Shown piece by piece: positions 24,201 through 37,390 of a stretch of DNA of 64,000 bases (position 1 is its first letter; each line of letters starts with the position of its first letter). A program made the position numbers and the translations under genes. Below the pieces are notes generated by a model. That model did not search any database, was not told the DNA's origin, and saw only the letters and a program-made list of their open reading frames with translations. The DNA comes from Nageia nagi (lineage: Eukaryota > Plantae > Pinophyta). The stretch lies in the NCBI GenBank assembly GCA_050084985.1, contig JBITNC010000001.1, forward strand, positions 125,116,001-125,180,000, read 5' to 3'.

Positions 24201-26387
24201 AATAGCAAAGAAGGATCAATTGAAGACAACTTTCACCACACCATGGGGTAGGTTTGCTTACCGAGTAATGCCCTTTGGATTGTGTAATGCACTTGCTCCA
24301 TTTCAAAGACTTATGAATAGAGTTTTTGAGCTTGATATTGGAACATTCATTAGAGTTTTTCTAGATGATTTTTGTATATATGGAAAGAAGGAAAATCATT
24401 TGGGACAAATTGAGAAGGCTTTTGAAAGATTGCAAGAAGCAAGAGCATCATTGAATCCAACCAAATATTTTTTTGGATGCTCGAAGGGAGTGCTTTTTGG
24501 ACATGTTGTATCCAAGAGTGGTATTGAAATAGATCTAGAGAAGGTGGCTAAGATTAAGGAGCTTTCATTCTCATGGAATAAGAGCAAGTTAAGATGTTTC
24601 TTGGGGCATGTTGGGTACTATAGGATTGCTCAACCATTGACTCAATTTTTGAAGAATCCTGATTGGAGTAAGCCATAGATGCATCAGATAAAGCATTAGG
24701 TAGTACACTCATCCAAAAAGATGAAGATGGAAATGATCATTCTATACATTTTGATAGTCGACAGATAAGCAATGCTGAAGTAAATTATACAATCTCTGAA
24801 AAAGAAGCTTTAGCTATAATTTTTGCTTTGAAGAAATTTAGAAATTACTTGTTGGGGCAGAAGTTCATTGTGGTTACTGATCATCAAGCTTTGAAGTATA
24901 TCATTAATAAGCCTAATCTTACGGGACAAATTGCAAGGTGGATCCTCCTATTACAAGAATATGAATTTGATATTGTGGATAGACGAGACAAGAAGCATAT
25001 CAATGTTGATGCATTATCTAGAGCATATGAAGGCATTGGATCTTCTAAGGATGATGAATTTCCCAATGCAGCTTTGTCTTCTATGGAGACGATTGCAAAT
25101 GAGTACATTGATATTTGGAATTACTGAGTGAATTCAAATTTCTTAAAGGGTCAACATCCAAGATAAAAAGGAAAATTACTTAAGCAATTAGACCCTATAC
25201 ACTTGTGGATGGGGTGTTATATAGAGTTGGAACAGATGAAAAATATCTTTGTGCCATTGGACAAGATCAATGGAAAGAGTTAATAAGAGAGATGCATGAT
25301 GGCATATGCAGAGGACATTTTACGCATCAGTTGACAAGAAGATGACTATTGGATGCAGGTTATTATTGGCCCACTCTTTTTAAAGATTTTTTTCACTTAT
25401 TATAAAAGTTGTGGGAGAAATATCCTAGGGTAATATCTAGAAGACATATGTTCTAGAATTATCCATAGGATTATGCATGGATTTTTGAATCAGGGATCTC
25501 AATGCTTCCTTAGTGGTCATCAGTGATCTTGAAGGCTTTGACACATTGTAGAGATTGGTATGCATAACAATTTCATTTATTCTTGACCTTAAAGGCTCTT
25601 TCAAATATATTTTGTTAATTATTTTTCTATCACGACATATGTGTCGTTTCCTTGTGAAAATTACTAAATATTTTGACATTGTTACACATACATATCAATA
25701 ACTGAATGTAAGTTGGGGACATTTTCTAAATTACTTTACGTCCTAGGATTAAAATATCTATAGTTTAGAATGCAGACACTTTCTACTTCATATGATTTCT
25801 TCCAAAAATATCTCTTTGACATTGAACATTCTTGATGATATTGGGGTTGTATTTTCCACATAGGTGCAAAGAAGATATGTTAGAAGATTTTGGGTCCCAA
25901 GTCTTGAGTCGTAATATTCATCGTAGACATCAAGTCACAAATCACTTTACTTGTGTATCCCATAAATGATTTTGTAAGCATATGATAAGAGAAAATGTGC
26001 ATGTCAAATTTTTATATGTAACTGAACAGGTTGCATTTATATTACTGATAGAAATCTCATTGTTGGTCAATCTGTTTTTCATTCCATGAAAAGAGTATGT
26101 GTTACACGTAAATCCATTCATGAATAGAATTTATTGAATGGGAGTTTTGCTTCTCTTACATACTTTTCTGTGGTGTTTGTTCTTATATTTTTCAAAAAAA
26201 GTATTTCTCCATATGATTGAAAGGGTTGGTGCTTTAGTTGCCACAGCAGACTACGTAAAAAAGATATCTGTTTACTTCTTTATTATAGTGCAAGACAACA
26301 TGAGAAGTCCTAAAAGACTGAATGTTTTCTCATTCTTTTGAGTATGAAACAGCTACTATGTAAAGCCCGTATATTCTGAATTGCAAG

Positions 26388-26555
26388 TTCTCCTCTATGA
26401 AAGGGGGTGTGCTTTGGATTGGGAGTAACCACTTCTTGATTGATAGGCACCAATTATTGATAGGGGAAGGGAATGGAGTCTGGACCAATGCCTACATACA
26501 ATCAACTGATTCGTCATAGTAGAGAGGAAAAAGACCCCGAGCTTTGAATGCCCTA
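26388..26555 (+). pseudogene. nad3-rps12: Nuclear mitochondrial insertion (NUMT): nad3 3' end, spacer and rps12 5' end
   Basis: ...ctc tat gaa...GCT TTG GAT TGG GAG TAA (stop 26426-26428) matches the nad3 C-terminus LYEWKRGALDWE. ATG at 26488 gives MPTYNQLIRHSREEK, then cga gct ttg...tgc cct, matching the mitochondrial rps12 start MPTxNQLIRHGREEK...RALDxCP. The adjacency matches the seed-plant nad3-rps12 operon. Confidence 0.85.
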
Positions 26556-27164
26556 TTATTATTACCTCAGCCCCCCTGTTATTATTATTTAGCGAGGGCC
26601 TGGAATTGTAGTTAGCACCGGGAGTAATAGACCAGGTAATAGACGGAAAGCTGGCTACTCTTTCCTCGGAAAAAGAGCTCTGTATCTAATAGCTTTTGTG
26701 CTAGCACTGCAATTCACTACATCCTGAAGTCAACGTTTGGAGATGCCTATCATAGGATACAACTGATGATTTCTTTTCCATATTCCTCAAACTGGAAATT
26801 TTTGCACCGCTTAGAATTTGACATTTTTTATTTTGAACAATTGAAATAATTTCAGCCTGTTGTATGTGGAGCAGGACTTAACTGTTTAGATTCTATGTTG
26901 TTTGAGACTACCCATTTGTTTTTCTTTAGTAGGGTATTGTGTTAGAATGGTCCTGATGCATATATATTCATGAGATGGTTCGGGTCATAAAGCAAATTGA
27001 CTGTGCAGCACATATTTCAAAAATAGATCTATTGGCAGGATCTCTAACAAATGAGAAACACATGTTTGAGAACTTCTATGCAGAATTTTATAATCTGAAT
27101 TAGTTCCTCGTAGACTGCACGTAATTGTTATTAATCATTATCTTGATGTTCTGAGCTTGTTCAG

Positions 27165-27225
27165 TGAGGCTAGGAGGCGAAATTGGGTCTTTCCAACCTT
27201 GAAAGAGGTTACTCGAAAGTCATTG
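27165..27225 (+). CDS. MSH1: MSH1 small internal exon (61 nt, not in ORF track)
   Basis: ttcag acceptor and gtaagt donor. Encodes (S)EARRRNWVFPTLKEVTRKSL, matching the MSH1 EGRRRKWVFPTL motif. Phase 2-0. Confidence 0.93.
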
Positions 27226-27553
27226 GTAAGTTTTCTCTAGAACATAGCTTCTATTGTAACTCATTAGTTCACTACAGAAAAGAAACTTTGAAAGTTGAAA
27301 TATTTGAATAAAAAGCTTTTATTATGAATAGGTAGAAATTGGTTTTCATAATGGATTTCATTGCATTAGGTACCACATTTTAATGCAACTAATTATTATT
27401 ATTATTTTAATCATTGTTTTCTTATTAGATATTGCAACTCATTATGATAGAAAATTAATCTATGAGTCAACAATTAATCTCTATAGAAGCTTTGATCATT
27501 AGGATCTTAATTTTTTTTATATAAAGTCTTATGAATTGAAATGTGAAAAGCAG

Positions 27554-27853
27554 GAAATGAGATCACATTATGTGAGAAATCAGTTAGAAATCGTAGGTTT
27601 AGTGCCATATTGGTTTGACATCGAACAAGGATTAGCTGTGCGGAACAGAATTGAAATGCAGTCACTCTTTCTTCTTACTGGACCAAATGGTGGTGGAAAG
27701 TCTAGCATACTTAGATCCATTTGTGCGGCAGCACTGCTTGGCATGTGTGGTTTAATGGTTCCTGCTGAAAAAGCTACCATTCCACATTTTGATTCGATCA
27801 TGCTCCACATGCTGTCATATGACAGCCCTGCAGATGGGAAAAGCTCATTCCAG
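27554..27853 (+). CDS. MSH1: MSH1 exon, MutS ATPase domain with Walker A
   Basis: Encodes GLVPYWFD...MQSLFLLTGPNGGGKSSILRSICAAALLG...SYDSPADGKSSFQ, with a CAG|gtatca donor. The exact acceptor is ambiguous among in-frame AGs giving starts at 27527, 27551, 27554 or 27584. Confidence 0.92.
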
Positions 27854-28390
27854 GTATCATGTGTTTCATTTGTTTATTGGTTATGAGCATACCGCCTTTA
27901 TTGCAGTCCTTTTTGAGATAATGCCTTTTTGGGCATCCTATATATGTAACCTATGGTATAACTTTTTTACAAAAGTAAATAGAATCATCATTAGTTGTTT
28001 TCTTATTCACTCAGTCTGTTCATCATATAGGTTTACTCGTTTGAAGAATGTCTTTAGGGCAGTAAGTCCTGAGATGAATTTGTACTTAAATCAATTGTAT
28101 ATCTGATTAGATTTTTCTGTTGGGCATCATAAGTACTGTAAACATATTTCATATATTTCTAAAACTAGACAGGAATCCACATAATGAGTTGTTTTCAGAT
28201 ATGCAGAATATTGTATGGTTTCTACATGTGATTGTGCATGCAAACTTAATAGTTTTATAAAAGTTAATAAGTCTCACCTTATGTTCCTTATCCAACTTCA
28301 ACTGGAAGCAGTGACTCTTCACTTTGCATTTTGATTTTGTTTGATTGGGTCTAATGAAAATGGTCAATACTGTCATGGGCAGGTATTGAC

Positions 28391-31300
28391 CATTGTAGTG
28401 AAACTTGGCCTGAGTCTTGAGCACCCGGCCAAGTCTGGGTTAGCTTGGACTCGGATTTTTTCAAAACACGGGTGAGGCCGTGGTCGAGTCAGTTCTGATG
28501 TTGAGACTTGGTCAGTCCAACAAAAGCACACGGCACAATTTTTTTTTTTAAAAAAAGAAAACTCTTATTTTTCACTTTTCAGTTTGCAGCTGCTGGGAGA
28601 AGGTTTCGAAAGAGGGCAACAGGCATTCTAAGCTAAAAACATGATTTGTCTCTGTTAGAATGAATTTTCTTAGAGTTGGGAAGAATTGGACATCCACCAA
28701 CACACCCATGTGTTGCATTTGCTTTTGAGCTAAGCAAAATGATTTCTTTATCTTTTACATTCTTTTTGTGGGTTTGTTCTTGATCTAAAATTTGATCATA
28801 TGAATGAAGATCAAATATCATTGGAGTGAGGACTTGGCACATTCTCATGCTTGGGTGGTATTTGGAACATTTTGCTATTGGTTTGTGGAAATTTGTGGCT
28901 AGAAAACAGTCATAAAATAGATCAGTCATCTTTGAGAGGGTATAACTTTTGATAGAGATGTCCAATTGAGTTGATTCTTTTCTCATTGGATAGTGCTCAA
29001 AAATACCTTTCCAATGAGTATATGCATGCCTACGTTTGTTGAAGATTTGATCACCATCCACGTTCATGCTAGCATCTGTGCTAGTGTTTCTGAGGAATTT
29101 GAATGTAGGATTTTGAATTTGATCAGTTTGGCATGTCTATATATCAAAAAAGATCCTATGGACTAATTATTACTTAAAAAGACCAATGCGGACGTTGATG
29201 AAGACCCAGGCATTCACCCGACTGTTCGTATGGCACCTGACCCGGTACCCAACCCTTATACAACTGACATGCCAGCGCCAACATTGAGGCCAACGCTTGT
29301 GCTGGAAAAACAAATCATGTACGGATGGAAGGTGAAGTGTTTCGAGTCCTTTTAAAGCATTTGGAAGTTGGAGAACCGTTGGGAACCTGAAGGGATGTTG
29401 GGTTTGAACTTGTTTATCCCCTTAGTGAGTTTATAAAACAATCCAACAATCTGAGAAGAAAAAACAAGAAACATGAGAGATGGAAATGGCCTAGGGAGGT
29501 GATTCTTGTGTTGATGTTGCTGGTACTACTGCTAGAAGACTGTGAGGCTGTTGTTAGAGACCAAAATGTTGCTAAAAACAAAGAGGGCTTCATAAGAAGG
29601 GAAAATCCTTTCCATTCTCCATGTTATAATATTGATTAAATGATGGATAGTGTCATAGCCATCCTAATCAATTTGTCATAAGCCTAGCATAGGATGAACT
29701 AGATTATAGTCATTCTATACTAATTCATTTCTTATGTACTAAGTAGATCAATGATGTAATAATTGCAGTTGCATTGTTGAGAGCATGTTGTATTTGTGAG
29801 AGGTATAATGTGAGTCTTGTACATGAATAAGAAATGTAGAAAAAAGATAATGTTGTCCAAGAGAGTGATCTGAAGGGAGTTATCAAAGTCTTTCACAAAC
29901 ATGATGGAAGAGGAAGTTATGGATCATGAAATGATAGAAAAGAAAAGAAAATGTTGTTACAAATACTAGCGCCAACGCTAGGCTGAGCGCTAGTGCTGCT
30001 GTAGCAGTGGAAGAAATAAGCATGAAAATGAATTGGTTGAGCTTGGAGGAGCCAAAGGATCATGGGAGATGAAAGTGTGAATGTCCAGAATATCGAGGCA
30101 GCATTTAGACTACTTGTGGTTGTAAGCTTCACCCTTGTATCAATAATAAAATCATGAGAAAGCTATTAAAGGGGATGTACTCTCAAAATAGGGAGAGGAA
30201 CCTCTATAAAAATACTTTTGTTCTTTATGTGGATGTGTATTTATGTTTAAGATTTGTGCATATTAAGAACATAGAGCATTAAGAAAATGAAAGCAATAAA
30301 ATCAAAAATCTGTATGTGATATTTTCTTGTAAGCTATAAGCTTCAGAAAATTATAGATCAGTTCTCCATTTTCTTTCTTTGAATGTTATTTTGGGTGGGT
30401 TATTTTTTCTTTTCAAATTGATAAACTAGGTAGTAGAATTTTGTAAATTTGTAGGCATTAAGCATTTAAATTTAAGTAGCAACATTTAGAAAATTAGAAG
30501 TATGTTATTGTATCATGTATGTTTGTATGTTATTGTTTCTAATTTAATGTTTCTATTTAAATTCAATTTCAGCAGCATCATTTAGCATTTAAATTTTAAA
30601 TTTTAGTGGTAGCATTTAAAATTGTATGTATGTTAGGGTTTCTAGGTTTTGTATGTTATTGTTTTTTATGTTTCCTTCTTGTTGGTTTCCTTGTGTAGCT
30701 GCAGGATAATGGTTGGCATAGGGAAGAAGGATTTTGTTTGGAAATATGGTACAAAAGGGTCCAAAAAGGGGAGGTAATATGCATTTTTATGAGATTAAAA
30801 TGATTGGAGGCATAAACTACCTCAAGTACCACCTAGCCAGAGAAAAGGGGCATGATGTTAAATTATGCCATCATGTTCCCATTGATGCTGAGTGAGAGTG
30901 TAATGCACTTATCGTTGATTATGTTGAGAAAAAGGAATTGAAAAGGAGACACAATGATGTCATGGCAACCCCCCTTGGAGTAGCATACACAACTAGCACA
31001 CATGGGGGCCCTCACCATTTCCTAGGTTTGGACAATGCAATGGCTCCAATGCCTCAGGTGTACACCTTGGGAGTGGCACTCCCAACTCTTTTTTTTATTG
31101 CACATTCCACTCCAAGATCACAACCCACGTTGCAAGGTATGGCCGAATGGAAAGAGGAGAGACATAGGGCAACTAGGAAGGTGATACTCATTTTGGTATT
31201 TTTCAGATTTGTCATTCAATGTGGCAAGGTCTCCATACTGGAGGGGCATGGTAGATGCCATTGTAGTATGCGTTTCAAGATTTAGGCCACCCACCTATGA

Positions 31301-33323
31301 TGATTTGAGGGGCCCTCTCCTTAAGGAGTCTATGCAAGACATTTAGACATTTCATGAGAAGTAGCGTGAGACTTAATAGGCAAAGGGTTGCATGATTATG
31401 TTAGATGGTTGGATAGATGGGAGGAGAAAGACGTTGCTCAATTCTTGGTTGCTTCATCTGTTAGCATCGTATTCTTGAGATCAATAGATGCATCTTCCCA
31501 AACGAAGAATGTAGATCTTCTTGCACTGTTGTTGAGTGAGATAGTGAACGAGGTGGGGGCTGCAAATGTTATCCATATCATCATGGACAATGCTTCAACT
31601 TATGTGGCGACAAGGAAGATCTTGGAAGAGAATATGGACCCCATGTGTGGCTCACTATCTTGATTTGCTGTTGGAGGACCTTGGCAAATTGCCTTGGGTG
31701 ATAGAGGTTACCTAGAGAGCAAATGTTGTGACCAAATATGTTTACAATCATACATGGGTGTTGACTATTATAAGGGAGTACATTGGTGGCAAAGAGATAT
31801 TGCAACTTGGCAATATATAATTTGCCACGACTTTTATTACATTGCAAAGTCTCTTCAATGCACATGTTGATATATATTACAATTTACACCTTTTCTTGGT
31901 CAATATGATTATTTTTAATTCTCATTAACTAACTTAGATTTGATATCTAGGAGGCATTGAAGAAGATGTTTATTGGTGATGAGTGGCTCACGTAGATCAG
32001 AGCTAGGTTCAAAAACATTATTGAATGGAAGAAAGTCTATGATATCATATTTTAGGAGCCCTTCTATAAGGCCATGGAGGAGGCCATCAAGGTACAAACT
32101 ACAACTTGCAAGATTAAGATTTTAACTTTATGTTTTGTTTATTAGAGGAGGCAGTTGCTAATAGTGTGCTACTCAAATACCGACCCATTTGGGATATCAT
32201 TGATTTTGGTTGGACAATCCAACTCCATATCCCTCTTCATGCAACAACATACTTCTTTAATCCCCAATTCTATTTTGGATCAAAAGTTTATAAGGATTAT
32301 GAGGTGATGTAGGGTTTAAGAGTTTGTATTGATTGTTTGGTGGTTGATCCAGGAGTTCGCTTATTGATACAACATGAGCTTCAATCTTATAAAAAAGGAA
32401 AGGGCATCCTTTTGAATTCCTTTGAGTGTGTTAACATGAAATCAACTTTGTTGGCACGTAAGTTATTTAAAGTTGTATCATTTAATCTCAATTTTTATAT
32501 GTGAACTTGTGATGTATTAATTCTTCTTTTTTTATTATTATTTTTTTTCATATTTATGGTGGGAGGATTTTGAATCATATACGCCCAACGTCCAAAATTT
32601 GCGATCCATATCTTATCTCAGCCATGTAGTGCTTTTGGTTGTGAGTGTAATTGGAGTGTTTTTGAGTACATTAACTCCAAGAAGAACACATTAATATAAG
32701 AAAAATTGAATGATCATGTGTTTGTGCATTACAATCTACTCTTCCACCACAAACAAATTGTAGATTCAGACTATAAGACCATTGACCTCGATAAAATTGA
32801 TCCATCCTCTGAATGGATCACAAAGGAGGAGCAACAACAACTTTTAGACGATCCTATTATCCCTTTTGAGGAACTTGAAAAGCTAGTAGAGGAGGCAAGG
32901 GAGCAGGAGGAGCAAAGGGAAGAAGAAGAGGCACATGGATCTAGTTCTGCATCTCAGTCACATAGGAAACTTAGAGCTTATTATAGGTTAAAGGGAAAAT
33001 ATGCTTCCAAATAGTTTGGCACTTTAGAGATTGTGTATTTTGCCGTGGCTTATGAGCACATTTTCTATTGTAAACATTTTGATGAATACAAAAATATGCC
33101 CCTTCTTCTTCATAATTTCTTTGTTGTAGTTTGTATAATGTTGAATGTTGAGTAAGTATGCTTCTAGAAGATGCTAATAACAGTAATGTGCAAGAACAAG
33201 TTTATGTTATCATTGATTTTTTTTTTTTCATTTTTCCTTTTTGTCGAGTCTAACCAAGTTTTTTTCTAAGCCCTATTTTTGAGCCCTAAGGGGACCTTGT
33301 CGAGTTCGAGATTTGCTACAATG
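28391..33323 (+). mobile_element. hAT DNA transposon with decayed transposase
   Basis: TIRs CATTGTAG.../...CTACAATG and 8-bp TSD gtattgac/gtaatgac. Transposase remnants at 30709-33014 include a BED-like N-terminus (KDFVWKYG), DUF659-like IVFLRSIDAS and IIMDNAS, PLHATTYFFNP, and hAT dimerisation CExNWSVF and LNDHVFVHYNL. Many stops and frameshifts. Confidence 0.9.
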
Positions 33324-36273
33324 GTAATGACTTCCTTCTTACCAACCTGTGTCTACGCGAAGGTATTATTCAAGGAAGTTTCCCTGGATTTCTAAACCCA
33401 ATTATATCTATCTTCCTACTACTATTGTAGAACCAAATATATACCTTTGAGGTCATATGAATGAAATAGTTTTGGAACGTGGAGGATACCTATATCCTTT
33501 TGAGTTGGTCATCATTTTTTTATAGGTTGTGTAAAATCAACTTGGCAATTCTCTAATTAGTCTCCAATCTGTTTCTTTTTTTTTAATATATTTTGCAGAT
33601 ATTGAGATTGAATGGTCGGAGCATAGGTTTCAATCCTTTGCTAAATTTTATATGGTAGCTCATGCTATGACTTATTTATTGGAGAATCTATCTATAAAAG
33701 AAACATTGGCCTTCTATATCAAAGATTGGATAATATTCCTTTTCCATTAGAAGTTTTAAACATCTGATGTACAAGAACTTCTTTCCTTTCATTGTTACAT
33801 TTGGTTTCGAGTGTATTACTAGCTTGATTTATTCTATTCTTGGAGGTTTCAAGCTTAAAATCGTGCAATTGTTTTACACTAGTTGGTTTATATGGGTCCC
33901 TCTCTTGAATGACAACTCTTATATAATTGTAGACACAAAATAAAGAACAATGTATTATGTCTATGAAATGAAAATAGATTAATATCAATATGTAGTATAG
34001 ATTCTAGCAATTAGGATTATACAAACTTATGAGAGGAGATCTAGAGGAAGCTTATGTGGAGGGTGGAGGATTGAAGACTTGCTACTATACAAGTTGTGAT
34101 CTTGGAGGGCAAACCCTAGCTTCCAAATGATAGTTTTGGAGATAATTTTGAATCAATGATATTGAGGATGATTCTATTTTGGATGAGTCTAGAATAGATA
34201 TGTGGACATTTTGGAATGACTTGGTTGACTTGTGGAGATTGTTGAAGTTTGGGACAAAAGCATTTGTGTTTTGAGCCTCCAATGCTAGAGTATTAGGTGC
34301 TTTAGGCTTAGGTGCCATAATATTGGGCGTTATGGCTTGGAGGCATGTTTCAGCTTACACTTCTTTTGGATATGCATTTCGGCTCTTTGATGTTTCTGTG
34401 ATTCAACTACGATAATAAAAGATGATATTGCATTTTTCTTGCTTGATCTTTGATAATGATAATTCTTGAACTTCCATCATATCTGAAATGAGCAATTGGG
34501 AGTGCTTTGTAAATAATTCATAAATTGGATTTTGAGTTTATCGACGTGGACTCACTTAGAATAATGTGCATAGAAGAAAATGATAATTTAAAGTAATTTA
34601 CGTAGCTTTGATCTACCCAAAGCAGTCCAAATTAACATTTTACATAAATCAAATCAAACACTTAAATTAAACTACAGGTCAACTGCAAATTTATGTCTAC
34701 AATAACCAAGCATATTGTAAAATGTCTCAAATATATGTCGACAATTAGGACTCAATAGCATGTGTTAAAATAAATGTTGTGTAATAATCAAATCATTTGT
34801 GACAACAAATAATAGCCATAAGAAAGCGAGATGCATGCGAATTACAAGAATAGCGAAGCTGGAACGAAGTCGATTAGGGCTTTTCAAGTGTGCGGATTAT
34901 GGATTGTAGATTATCGAAGCTGTAATAAAGCGGTAACAAAGCTGAAATGTAACTAAATGATGTCCGCAATGCAATGAATAAGGCACAAAGCAGACCAAAA
35001 CCTAAGCCTCTGTGCGAATGGGTCAACATTATCACTAGGGATCATGCCAAAGTCAAGGAAGACATCGAAGTTGATCTTGAGATCAAGATAGTTGATAATA
35101 AAGCTTGCATAACAGTCCCAAAAGATATTGTGAATCTTGAAACTGATCGATAAAATAATAGTTTGATAGAAAAGTTTGTGGGATTTAGACCAAGTTTACA
35201 TATAATTCAAAGACGAATATTTGAAAAATGGAAAAGAAAGGAGCGAGTGGATCTAGTGGTGCTGCCAAGAGAATTTTTGCTCTTCGATTTCAAGTGTGAA
35301 GAAGATATGGCAAAGGTCCTAGAGTTAGGGACATGGTTCTGTTGTGCCTGCACAACACCCCCAAAAATTTTGCATTTTTGAGGACCCTCATCATACTGAA
35401 AGACAAAGGCATGAAAAATTTTATAAGTCAAATACATGAGTTTCAAAGCCAAACAAGGATAAATGTGGTATATTTTCATATTCAAGTGAAAACAAGTCCA
35501 AAAATATCATTTTTGTCTTAGGTGCATGTTTTTGGGGACATGCTTTTGCATGTACCAAAAATGGTGCGACCATCTTCATTTTGCATGTATCTTGTCAATT
35601 CTTGCGTTTTCATGTCCAAAATTGCATTTTCATGTCAAAATTGCACCCATCATATGTAAAAGGCATCCCCTTCCATTGCATATCATTTTTGGGGGTCATT
35701 TTGGTCATTTTTTGTGAAATTTAGCATTTTCTGTTCTTGGGCGCAGCCGTGCATGTATTTCATGTAGTGAAAAAAGCACGTACCAAAAAAGGTGCATCTA
35801 AGTGGATGAGGTGTTTCCAACACTTGGCATTTTTTTGGAAAATTGGGAAAAAAGAGCTTGAGTGCATGTTTTTGGGCACATGCTTTTGCATGTACCAAGA
35901 ACGGTGCGCCCACCCCCTCATGTGCATAAAATTGACTAACTATCAAAATTTTGGGACGTCCACTATGGGCTTGTTGTGATTGAAACACAACATCCTCTAA
36001 AATCCTGCGATTTCAGGGACCCTCAATGCACCAATGTATATACTTCGTTTTGTCGTCATCAGTCCCACCCAAGTTGTGTCTCAAAGACCGAGATTCATGA
36101 ACAACTCCTTATAGTTCAAGCCTCTTCCTTCGTCTAGGGTTAGTCATGTCAATTTAAGAATTTCAAAATCTCTAAAAATGGCTAAGTTTGGGAAGGGTAA
36201 AAGTCGATCTTAGGTGAAGTAGGGAGTCTAGGAAGAGTTAAAGCCTGATCAAAGCAAATTGGGCATCTCCAAG

Positions 36274-37240
36274 GGTTGGCGCATGGTTTTAAAAGACAAA
36301 ATCTTGTCTTTTTGAACCATGCGATTGGACTTGGAGGTCTTCTAGATAGGAGGGAAGGCTCAAGACAGAATTTGGGCATTTGCAAGCCCAACGCATTCCT
36401 CCAGGAGACAAAAGCTTGTCTTTCCTAGGCATGCACCAAATACAGGGAGCAAAATGGACCAAAAGTAAGCACGAAGAACCTAAGACAAAGGCACTACAAG
36501 GTTGGCGCATGGTTTGAAAAGACAAAATCTTGGCTTTTTGAACCATGCAACTTGGCCAGGAAGGCAAGTTGAGCAAGTTTGGAGGTCGGAAAATGAAATA
36601 GTCACCCAGGAGGCTTGTGCATGCTTCAAAAAGACAAAATCTTGTCTTTTTGAACCATGCGCCAAGCCTAGAAAGGTTGCCAGTTTGAGGAACGTGGAAA
36701 ATTTGACAAGTCCTGGACCCGAGAAACTCAAGACCAACTCAAGCATACACAGAGGGGCTGGAACATGGTCTCAAAAGACAAATTCTTGACTTTTTGAGAT
36801 ATGTGCTAAGCCCAGGAAGCCTTTAGGATCTGAGAAAGGTAAAAATTTGGCTAAGGCATGAGTACTTAAAGATCAAATTCTGGAAAACAGGCCAACTGGA
36901 GGCTGACACGCTTCAAAATGACAAAATCTTGTCTTTTTGAACCATGTGACTAGGTTGGATGGATAGGCAAGGCTGGCACATGCCTCAAAAAGTCACAAAC
37001 TTGACTTTTGGGAGCATGTGCCAAGCCCACAGGTTGCCCAGGTTGAAATGAAACATCAAAATTGATAAGTCCAGCCGATTGGAAGACCAGAAATCAGGAA
37101 AAATCAGGTTACTTGGTGAGTTAGGTGATCAAGGTAAGCAAGCATGAAGTTAGGAGACCCAACGTTGGAAGCATACAAACTCCCAGGGTTGGAGCATGGT
37201 TCAAAAAGTCACCTTTGTCTTTTTTTTTCATGCGCCAAGG
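36274..37240. repeat. Array of ~8 palindromic ~58-bp hairpin units separated by non-repetitive spacers, inside the LTR
   Basis: Consensus GGCTTGGCGCATGGTTCAAAAAGACAA-AATC-TTGTCTTTTTGAACCATGCGCCAAGCC. Units start at about 36274, 36393, 36500, 36612, 36756, 36901, 36971 and 37187. Confidence 0.85.
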
Positions 37241-37390
37241 CAGGTTGAGCATTAAAACCCAAACATTCAGGCATAGGTGACTTTACATGAGTTTCTAGGT
37301 TGACACACATTTCGAGGTTGGCCAGGTGGAAGGCTATGATGAGGTGTGTTAGTAACCCTAGCCGACTAGGGCAAGCTGGAAGCCAAGAGG

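Larger units (their letters stand above)
14848..25475 (+). mobile_element. Degenerate Ty3/Gypsy (non-chromovirus, Athila/Tat-like) retrotransposon, interrupted by a nested element and 3'-deleted
   Basis: The LTR ends ...GACA at 16082, followed by a PBS-like ttttggttctatttcccgg. gag with a decayed CCHC knuckle (16144-17071), protease region (VFIDGG, ~17360), RT 23944-24680 (WVSPIV, CVDY, YPLP, VMPFGL, FLDD), RNase H (TDHQAL, ARW) and the integrase His-His region (~25300) follow. The left boundary is approximate. Confidence 0.85.

Noticed and set aside
36274-37240. CRISPR array interpretation of palindromic repeats with unique spacers
   Set aside because: The context is a eukaryotic LTR with no cas genes. 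Repeats are ~58 bp and degenerate, and spacer lengths vary from ~20 to ~160 bp.
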